From: Diadema antillarum
Lineage: Eukaryota
DNA: 64,000 nucleotides
NCBI RefSeq assembly: GCF_040938485.1
Contig: NW_027270897.1
Location: forward strand, 3,100,001-3,164,000
Reading direction: 5' to 3'
The notes beneath the pieces were generated by a model. It was given only the letters and a program-made list of their open reading frames with translations. It was not told where the DNA came from and made no database searches. The translations under genes were made by a program, and so were the position numbers. Within the stretch, counting starts at the first letter, position 1; each line of letters starts with the position of its first letter. Positions 35,988-47,500 of this stretch are shown in pieces.

Positions 35988-38900
35988 GTAATTCTCCGTG
36001 TTTATATAAAAATGTTGACTGCATATCATTCTTAACAGGAGTATTTTATACATAACCCATTCATTGATGGTCCCCGTCATCAAGTGATCATACTTTTAAA
36101 TTTTCCAGGCTCTCCCATATTTCCATGTGTCGTACTTTGTTGCCAATAACTTGCTACACAAACAATGACAAACGGTGTAGAGCACCTGATTATCAAATGA
36201 AGACTTTGTTCGTTTGTTTGTTCATTTTCCATCTAAGAAGACGGCTGCCTAGCCCACATTCAGCTACACATTGCTGGTCTTCCATGGGGTCCAGTCTGAT
36301 GTTATAGGCGGGACCACTTCACCGGGTTAAACACCCTGCTCTTTGCGATGAATTAATGAAGCATGATCTTGTACGTGTTTATATGAGTTGAAACTCTCTC
36401 ACGCACGGGACTTTCATCTTATGTCCGATCTGAGGGACAGAGTGCTTTGCCTCTTACTAGAGGGGACAGTATGATTACACACAACATTGCTCAGAGAGAC
36501 TCGGGAATCGAACCCGGGCCCTTTGCATCTGGAGGCAGACGCGCTGCCCGACTGAGCCAACTCTCAGAGTCTTCGAAGATTCGGCTGTGGACTTTAAGAA
36601 TCGGTGAAAAAACGTGGTCAAACACTGTAGGTCATTCCTGCAATTATTGGATTGCAATAATACCTTCAGTGTAAACATTTATCATCATGTAGCTTTCTTT
36701 TTCGCTCGAAGGTGACCGCATAAGAACCTCCTCAGAAAGGATTATTTTTCCCTCTTGTCGAGGAGGAGGTAGGGAAGAGCAAACATAATTTCCTTTCATT
36801 TGGATGTAAAACGACATCCGTGCAGAGCTCATCCAGGGACATTGGTTAGTGAGAACCCCAAGAGTACTGGAAGACAATCTCTACACTTCCAAAATTATGT
36901 TTATCTAAATTCAATTTTGTTAAAGTTATAGGAAGACAGAATTTTGATGGAATGCACAAAAATTACTTAGTATTATCAGTATGCATAAAGTATACACATT
37001 GTTGGCAGTATATTGCGTACATACTAACTTTCTCGATTGGATTTACCATGGACCTACTACACACACGTATACCAGGAACGGAGGTCTTTCTTTAAGCCCA
37101 TCATCACCGCCGCCATTTGATTTTTGTGTGCATCTTGATGAGTGGTACATTCACATGTTTGGACAATGATAAGTGTGTAATCGTGCGTTGTCACTGACAA
37201 AAATAATAAGAACCGTTGCCCTAATGTCGGTCTTATTTGGCTGAGGTGCCTTTTCAGACTCAACTGCCTTTGAATAAACATCAGTGATGGGGAGCAGCAG
37301 ACCTCAAAATATGACAAATTTTGTAAGACAAAATTAGTAATTACTGAAGTGGACTCTAGTCTTGTAGGCACGCATGTAACGTTGCTTAATAGTAAGACAT
37401 ACATGTCATCTACCGTGGTTACTGGCCATGTTTACTCTGAAACAATGTGCGAAAAATGGCAAAAGTAAGATTACAAATCACATTCAACCTGCCAAAATGT
37501 TTGCTTTCTCTCGTAAAGTAAGTGTATTTCAAAAATGATATTGGCTGAGCGATGATATCCCAATGTACATGCATTTTCTTGATTTGAGAGACTACTATCT
37601 TCTTCGCATGTAGGTTTTAGATTTCTCGTAGCGCCGTTTTGTTTTTATCCACGCTGGCTGTCGGGAGAAGGAAAGGATAGGTATGACCAGGGAGGTGTTT
37701 TGTCTCACCTCCCTGGTATGACTATGGAGTTTTCATCACAGGTGTGCCTGTTGGAATGTTTCGATACAACGTGATATCACCTGGATTACTGATCAGCAAA
37801 GCAAGACATGTTTTCTCGCTCAGGTGCAAATTGTCAATTTTGTTTACCAGGCCATAATGGGTTTACTGGTTACGTAAGAGATTGAGTGCGGCAATATTTA
37901 CACGAAGGAATTTTATGTACACAGTAGGCCTACACATGCATTTACAACGTGAAGCTTGATGATAGGATCATCAATGTTCAAACAGAGACATTTGCTTTCA
38001 CAGCTTTCTTATAGAATACAAATAGGATAAGAATACGTAGACTTAACATTTCTAATGTCACAAGAAAGAGAGTTCGAATTATCGGGTCCGGTGTCTCTAA
38101 AAGATTTCAGAGCCATCATCATTTTAGGATTATATAAAAGATGTTTGTTTGTTTGTTTTTTCAGATTGTCTTGTAGAACACGAGTGTATGCATTTGTTCA
38201 ACTGCCTTACATTATAAGCTGTCGAAACATGAAGAATGAATTTTGAAGAAAGTTAATGGCATCTATACCTGGTTAATTCTGCCAGGGAGGCTCACCTCCC
38301 TGATTCTGCTCATGAAGAATCTTTCAAGGCCATTAATGGTCTGGCCCCAGGATACCTGTCTTCCCTAATCTAGCGACGGCAGACTCGTCCTGGCCTTCGT
38401 TCATCTGGCCTTACTCTCCAGGTGCCCATCACACATCTCAAGGGATACGGAGACCGGGCATTTTCTTCTATTGCTCCTCGCCTATGGAACTCCCTCCCAT
38501 CTTTCCCTCCTTGAAATTGACAAACTGGATCACTTCAAAGCCTCACTCAAAACTCACATTTTTCACCGGGTATTCAACTGTCTTGGAGGAGTCTGTGCCC
38601 TTTGGATGTTTCTATAACAGATTATATGGCGCCATACAAATGCTGTGGATCATCATCATCATCATCATCTGAATGATCCTAAGAACCCGAGTTAGCGCAT
38701 ACACATATAGCTTTCTAATATTAACAATCAGCCCCAAACAGGTTTCATCTTTCCCTCATTCAGTGCGCTTCTCCAGCCGTCCACAACAATGTATACACAC
38801 ATATGAAACATCTATAACTGGCTTTGCATTTCAAAGAATTCTTCATTTCTATAAATTACGTCACACCGAGCAATATATCGAGAGAGCTTTAAATAATCTC

Positions 38901-41900
38901 AAAAATTATACACACATATGAAACATCTATTGGCTTTGCATTTCAAAGAATTCTTCATTTCTATGAATTACGTCACATCGAGCAAAATATCGAGAGAGTC
39001 AGAGAGCTTTAAATGATCTCAAAATTATATCATGAACTTCCAGAAAACCAACGGGTTTTTGAATGCAGGTATATTTGGACAGAGAGAGTGAGAGAGATTA
39101 CAAAAGCACCGGAAAAAAAAACACGGAATTAATGGGTCCAGGTATATTACAAAATTCCAACAAAGTATTAATGTCAGAACAGTTGAGATGAAACCTTGGC
39201 GTAAGGTTGTTGTTTTTTAACTCTCTTTTTAGGGGGGGGGGGTCTACAACGAAGGACTATAATGAGGCTGTAAATTCTAAATCGTGTTACCAATGTTGAT
39301 GTTTCCTCTTTCAAGATTAAAGGAAGGAAAATAGGATCACTAATGACTTATTTGACAATGACCCGTAAAGTGAAATCTATGCATAGCGCGGTCTATCCTA
39401 ATAGGGAATTTTAATGGTTTCCTTTATGCAAACCAGCCGCTTGTCTGCCTGTGAGAGTGTTCGCGAGTGTAATAACACTGCCAATCCAAGCTTTCATGGC
39501 GATTATCCAACCTACATGAAATACATTTGAAGGAGACACTTGAGCATGTTGAGTAAGAACATTATCGTGAGAGGTTCACGGATCGGAGAGGAGCTATTAA
39601 ATTAGAATATGATCGAACTGAGCTTGTCCTCGTACGGGTTTCTAAAATCAGTTTCTGTGAGCAGGAAATCATGTCGCAAACAAGTTGTCATTGCGTTGGG
39701 TTGTGGGGTTGCCATGCATATAAGGTATGGAGTATACTTAAAGGACAAGTTCACCTTCATAAACATAAGGATTGAGAGAATGTAGCAATATTAGTAGAAC
39801 ACATCATTGAAAGTTTGAGGAAAATCGGACAATCCGTTCAGAAGTTATGAATTTTTGAAGTTTTTGTGCAGTAACCGCTGGATGAGAAGACTACTGCAGT
39901 GTGTGAATAATTTAGATGTCACATGCGTACAACAATATAAGGAAAATATAAAGAGAATTTCACAAAATTTCATCTTATGAAAAAAGTTCACATTCCCCCG
40001 ACTCGTTACCGACAAATGTTATGGGTAATATTATTCCCCCTGCCTTTAGAAAGAGCCAAGTCAAGTGCTCTTATATTATGTGAAAAAAGTGAAAATATGT
40101 TGAATTTTCTTTATATTTTCTTTATACTGTTGTACGCATATGACTCACAAGCTGTAGTAGTCTCCTCATCCAGCGGTTCCAACACAAAAATTTTAAAAAT
40201 TCATAACTTTTGCATCGATTGTCCAATTTTCCTCAAACTTTCACTGATGTGTTCTACTAACATTGTTGCATTCTCTCAATCCTTATGTTTACGAAGGTGA
40301 ACTTGTCCTTTAAGAAAGATTTGCATATGCTGCACGTACAGTATGTACAACCTAAGGCCCGTTTGCGCTGAATACGGTAAGGGCAACGGGCCGTTTTTTG
40401 TTTTGGCTTTGTTTTGTTTTTTGTTTTTTGTTTTTTGTTTGTTTTTGCTTTTGTTTTTTTGCTATGGTGCGCCAAAAGGAAGCATGTCTGGTTCTGTTAC
40501 AATATCACTTCCCCGCTAATAATTTTGATACAAAATTAATCTTCTACTGTTGATTTTGTTGCTCTAGATTGTGACACAAAAATAACGTTTAGGGTGATTT
40601 TATACCGAATTGCTGAGACTTTTTTTTAACAGAACCAGACATTATTCCTTTTGGCGCACCATAGCAAAAACCCGTGCTCGGTGTAAACGCGCCCTTACAG
40701 CCGAAGGCCGTGCGGACGACACGACCTGTCGATGGTAATTATTCATCGTCACAATTGCACAGGAAGTCGCTTCGTTTTTCCTGTATTCTTGGCGCATCCG
40801 ACATTATGCCACTTACCTTTCTGCTTGAAGGGATCTTAACCAGTTAGCTATGGAAACATATCGTGGGCCCTGTGAAAGCCCATGCGGAGGTCATCATATC
40901 ATTAGAAAGGGGTTGATACATGTTTGGTTATTGCTACAAGGTTACAAAACATCTTATTTTAGCAAAACAGCACATTTTGCGAAGCTAAAGTTGTACACTC
41001 ACACATACTCTCATAAACCCATGCACATGCTTTATTTTGATGAAGCATTATGACTTCTATACTTGCCGTAACTATTTTCAGCAGGTTCGGCTTACAACCG
41101 TTGCTAAAAGGATTTGACTCATCCGTCCTCTGTGATAGAAATATGACAGTACTAAGTATACAAATAATTCTCTGAGACCAACATCAAAGCAATCGCTTTA
41201 ACCCATTAGTAAGTGAACCGCTAGAAACCGCCCATCTTATTACACCCTGAAACGCCCGAAACCGCCCGTCCGCTTTTTTATAGTTTTATGAGTTACCATT
41301 TTGTGTTCATAAAGAATATATTATTAGGTAATTTGAAGAGGCAAAAGGTCAACAAAAGTATGTCAGAATTATTTGAGTCTGTGACATACCAGTCTCTTGA
41401 TAAGATAAAGTATTCATTGGCTTTGAAATAAGTATAACTTGTGATAGACAAAAATAAACATGCAGTGATCTGTTCTACATAATTTAGAAAGTTGTGGAAA
41501 TGAGAATGATATTACTGTGCCTTCTAGGGAACGATAGGCCATTATGTTCGGAATCTTCATTTGCTAAAGGGTTAACAAAGGATTATTGTTATTATCTTGG
41601 TGTATTTCATAACTCTCCTTTCAAAAGAAATCAGCAGGCAAGCAAGAGAACCTGGTCGAGGTCTTGAGATTTGAAACTGATTTAGAAATCCACGACAGTC
41701 AACAGGGGAATCCCGTAGTAACGAGGTCATCGGGACCTGCTATTATCTCGCTATATCTGGACCCTTGTTGTAGGACTGCCTCGTTGTACACTAGGACCAA
41801 ACACACACACACATACTTTTTTTTTGTTTTATAATATTCTTTATTTGAGCTTCATTCAATGTGAAATCCATATTAACAATAAAATTAATACATCCACCAG

Positions 41901-44531
41901 CAAAAAAGAAAGCAGCTGTATTCTTCATTCTTGTGCTGCTAAATCATTTTTCAAACATACAGTACGATATATTTGATTCTTTTTACCAAATCATACCCTG
42001 TTTTTATAAGAGAAATGACATAAAAATCTGCATAATTCTCAGAAAAAGCTATTTTGATCAGCCTAATCAAGCCAATCCGAATGTGCCTTATCACTCACAC
42101 ACCGAATAAGAAATGTGTGCTACTCAATCACTTTTTTACTTAACTTCCTTCTTTTTTTCTTCTTTTTTTTGGCAGAGCACACGCTATATACATAAATATA
42201 TCAGATAAGGTATAACTCTTAAAAGGGAAAAACAATTCTTGATCAACTTGATCAGATTGCTCAATATCCACTCTATTACATAAATTCTCTTACACTCTCT
42301 TGAGAATACAGCATTTCCTGAAACATATCATATAAAAAGAATTCTTTACTTAACCGAGCAAAACTCATCATTTTTTTTCCATCTAACCTATCAACCACCC
42401 CTCCCACCCCCCGTACAGCACAAAATAACCATATGTGTATATCATCAAAACAAACCATATTCCTGCCTAACCCCTTAACCATTATTCTACTGTTGCCTAA
42501 CTACATCTACCTAACCCTAACCATCCCCACCTATTTCCCCACTAACATACCCCCGTAGCCTTCCCTCAACTAAACATTTTACATGGGGGAAAAAAAAGTG
42601 ACCACCATAATGCTGATACATATACAGATTCCTAAACATTAATACGGCAAAAACCTTTATAAACTGACCATACATCTGACTCTATGAAAGTTTCAACTGC
42701 TCCCATTTTTGCAAATGAAAACCAAGCTTACCTGCTTTAACCGCAACGTTCTTTTCCTCCTCTATAAAATCCAAAACAAATTTCTTTATCTTTTCCCTCT
42801 TGGGTAACTTATTTTGTTCTCTTGACCGAAATATTACAATTTTCATCAAAATTATCAAGGCATTCACGCATTTGATTCGATTTGAACTACCTCGTAAACC
42901 CAAGAAGATATCTCTCCATTCTAATTCTTCTAACTCAACTAAATCATAAAACTCAATAAGAAACTGCCATATCGGCTTTACTTTCACACAATCAAAAAAT
43001 ATATGTGAATAAGTTTCCCTTTCCAATTGACAAAAAGAACAAAGATTATCATTCACAAAACCAAACTTAAACAAAATGTTCCCTTGTATATATCACCCCG
43101 TGTAACAACTTAAACTGAAATTCCCTATGTTTACTAAGTAAAGTCGTGCTTCTAGGTCTAATAAATAAATTTTTAATTTCCTTATCACTGAAATCATACT
43201 TCACTTCACCATATCTTATTTCCAGGGTATACAATTCTTGTAAAACTGTAACAAAATACTCGTACACTATTTTTGACTTAATATTTTGAAATTCTAATAT
43301 TTTACCAAAAATCTTCACCTGTATATCATAATTTAATACATCAATTTGCTGAAACCTTACACTCCCTGTGGACTCTTTCCACTTTTCTGGAAAAACATTA
43401 TAAATATCATTTATCTTAAATATACCATTTCCCATGATACCTAAATTTCGAAAATACCCAACGGGTTTAATAAAACCTCCTTGTAAAATATGATGTACAT
43501 TATAAACACCCTTTTCATATAAATCACAATAAAAAATACTCTTCCCTTTTATACATATTTTTCTATTATTAAATATAACTGGATTCATCACTTCATCTTC
43601 AAAATTCCTACATTTATCCATTTCCTGCCATACCTTGACCATTTCTAAATTAAAAGGTGGAACTGGATTTGTCAATGTCAATCTAGACCATTCATAATCA
43701 CATAAAAATAAAAACCTTCCTCCTACTGATCGAAAACTAAAATCAAAATACATTTTCCACCCAGATTTCTTCTCACCATACAATAAACGTTTCAACCACA
43801 TAATACGTTGCGTTTTGACAAACAGCTTAAAATTTATCTTTCGCAGTCCCCCATTAACATAATCTTGATACATAATATTCCTTTTTACCCGGTCTTTACC
43901 ATTCCACAAAAATTCAAAAATCATCTTATCCAATTCAGGAAATATCCATTGAGGAACAACTATGAGTGATGAAACATAATTTAACCTTGATAATGTATAA
44001 GTTTTCAACAGATGAATTTTTCCCATGAGTGTTAAATCACGCTGTTTCCACCATCCTAACAATTTTTTTTTTATTCTACTTAATATTTCTTTAAAATTGA
44101 TCTCATTCTTCCCCCTCACATCTCTTGCAAAATTCACCCCTAAAATGTTAACTGCATCAACATATTTTCCAGATACAGATAATACAGGTTTCTCTGTATC
44201 CTTACCCATCCACAAAAAAAAAAAATCAATTTGTCTTTATTTACAATTAAACCGCTTATTTTCCCGAATTCATAAAAAATATACTGTAACCTATTTAAAG
44301 ATTTTATGTCCTTTATAAACAACGAAATATCATCCGCATATAAAATTTGCTTTATTTCATTCCCCCCAAAACATATTCCTTTTACAGTGTTATCTTTCCT
44401 TACTACTTGTGCCAGTGTTTCAATTACTAATAAAAACAAATACGGAGACAGGGGATCACCTTGCCTAACCCCTCTCTTGATTTTGAAATAACCCGTAGAG
44501 TGCCCTCCATTCATAACACAACTGCTAATAT

Positions 44532-44580
<49 letters not shown>

Positions 44581-47500
44581 GATTACATTGCATGTACACG
44601 AAGTGGTCCACATGCAGCTATTTTTAACTTGCATCAGTAATAATAAATTATTCAGACAAGGCGTAAAAAAGGAAAAGAAAAATAGGACACACTGATAAGG
44701 GAAGAGATAATAATGTCTACATCTTAATGTGGACATGCCTTTCAACCTAAAAAAGATTTGGCAGGGCTGCACTAAATTGTGTGCAGGAGTGTGTGATGGT
44801 GACTCCTTTATTCGCACTATAAAGAACGCCGAGACATCTTGAATATAGTATCTCAGAGGAATTGTGGCTGTATGTGTGTATTTATACTCATATGTTTTTA
44901 AGTGTTTTAGCCCCACTTCACTACACTCCTTCGGAAAAGAGGAGCGCAGTGAGCTAAGATATTACTCCAAACACTTCTACCACAACTATTGCACAAGTTT
45001 TCCTTCTTCATCTTCTTTTTCAGCGTTTGCTTCTTCATATTCTGTTCCTTCTACCCTTTATAAATCTTTCCTTCCCCTTCACAGAATGCACTCGCTGCCC
45101 TCTTTCACTTACTATTACGTTAATGTAGTAGGCCCTACCTTTTCGGAATGTGAATTTACTCGGGCTTGCAACGGACCTCCACGTGAAATTCCACATATTC
45201 AATTTTACCCCAATCGATAGAGTAGAATAAGACAAACGAAATACCACAGGCTTCACAAATCCGAATAAACGAGTAAGAAGCGCTATCTACTGAAGCCAAT
45301 TTGAAAACGGCCGCGTTGATAAGTTGTACTTGTAGCTTCCTCTAATGAAGAGTCGATCCGATCCCTGTTCTTTTATTCAAAGTTCTGCAATTAAAGTTAG
45401 ATATATCATATCTCACTTTTACCAGCATTATCTTCATTGAGTGTGATATCCTAAGAAAGCCTGATTAATTATCTTTAAAATGACACCTCACTTGCTATGA
45501 CTGGGTATTTTTGGAATGTGCAAAACAGCTTAGTATGAGGACAGATCAAAAGTAAAATGTCGCAACAATTCTGCAATTGATAATGTACTGTTTCGATGAA
45601 AAAAAAGGCCACTGGAAAAAGCAATGCTGAAACGTGAGCACTTTCAAAATCTCTCATTTCCTAAACATTAGATGATCGTTTGGTCAACCTTAATGTTTGA
45701 TTTTAATCTGCAGATACTGTTGCAGTTTGTAATTCATGGATGAAGCCTGGAATTTAATGATAATCTCACAATGCATTCTTTCCAAGTACATACCTTCCCT
45801 GAAAAGACAAAAACAAATTGGGATTATACTGTCTGACATAACACATTTGCTCCATTTTGCAACATTTCAAATTTGACCTTTCCTCATACTCAGTTGTACT
45901 GTGCATTCCAGGAATGCATACTGCAAACAAGTGAGTTGTCATTGTAAAGAAAATTAATCAGGCTTTCTTATGATGTCACATTTGAATGGAATAATATAGT
46001 TTTAAGAGAAATATTATGATACATCAAACTGGAATTACAGGTCTTTTTTGAGGGGTTTACATGAAGTTCACTACATTTCTAATTCAATTTAACCCCTCGA
46101 CGTTACAAAGTATATGAGAGGGAACGTGTTTAGCCACATTTTTGATTCACTTTAAATCGCCATATAAATCAGTTGCTTGCTTTGATGTTATTATCACTCA
46201 CGAGCCCATTTTAGGCGGGTATTTTTTCCATCTTTCAGGCTCGTACCGCAATTCAGCAGACAAGTTTTTTGTCATAGCGAATTTAATAATCCTTCATAAA
46301 CATCTATTTTTAATGAAAGTTCAAGGTGAATAAACTTCTATTGCCATCAATACACGTTTCTACTGCTTTTTTGCAGAAAGTGGTTGACACGGTCACGGCC
46401 GATGGGGGCGACATTCATGCCGCGCAGTGCGACGTTTCGGATGAGGCGGCTGTGAAATCCCTCTACGCTGATGTTGAGCAGAGGTTTGGTCGGGTGGACG
46501 TGAGTGTGCAATGTGCAGGGCTCTCACGACCTGCACCACTGCTATCGGGCAAGGCGTCTGACTGGAGAATCATGACGGAGGTTTGCATTATCTTTTGACC
46601 AAGAAATAGTTGTCTTAAATACCTAAAGGCCTCTTCAAAGTCCTGAGAAAACCATCAACATAAACTCTTAATGATTGTATAATTTTCGCTTTTTATAATG
46701 CTGTGGGGAAAAATAATAATTTCAAATTTTCTAGTTTATTTTACATCTTTTATAGAAATACAACATAGACAGAAATGCAACATCTAAATTACATATCAAA
46801 TTTCACGTTAAAAACATAATCAGGGTAAAATTTTACTCAACAAACACAAAATAATTACTGACTAAAATTTACCCCTAAAAAGCCAAGCCCATAGGTAATC
46901 ATTTTCATAATAGTCAAGATTTTTTTCTGGGTAGGTTTTGTTTATTTTTTTTCCTGTTTCTATGCTTGTAGTTGCTTCTCATTTTGTAAGCTCCAATTAC
47001 CAAAACATACAAGTCATAAAAAATTCAAGATCGTCGAACTTATGCCATCAAGGCGGGAGAAACAGATCAAGACATAATGCCAATGGCACTTTCCTTCACC
47101 TGTCTCCTTTCGTTGTTATAGAGACAATACTAGAAATGGTATTGGCAGGCTACAGTTTTTGTTTTGTTTTGATTTTTGGCCCTAGTTGATCGGTTTGTTT
47201 CAACTTCTCTGTTATGACAGGTGAATGTCTTGGGGACGCTGTTTTGCTGTCGTGAGGCTGTAGATCTGATGAAGAAACACAACGTGGATGATGGCGTGTT
47301 AATAAACCTTGTTAGGTAATTTCCGACCAGATATCATAGTTGAGAGAGAGATCTGTATACTCGCTGGCTGGCGAGGGGCTGTGACCATGTATAAGTATCT
47401 TTGTGTAATCAAGTAGAAATGATGATACTTTCCTATCATTTATGTTGAAAATTCCAGAATCATCTCATGTCCTTCGTGTCAGAAGTAAAGACTAAAATAT

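Noticed and set aside
37681-38309. CRISPR-like or prokaryotic repeat system
   Set aside because: Eukaryotic spliced context; the repeats are inverted with TSDs, not a repeat-spacer array; no cas genes
44579-44916. N-terminal ~130 aa of the 258-aa ORF (with VCVCVC) as part of the RT or a fusion protein
   Set aside because: No RT motifs; fortuitous read-through across the (GT)n microsatellite into the truncated element
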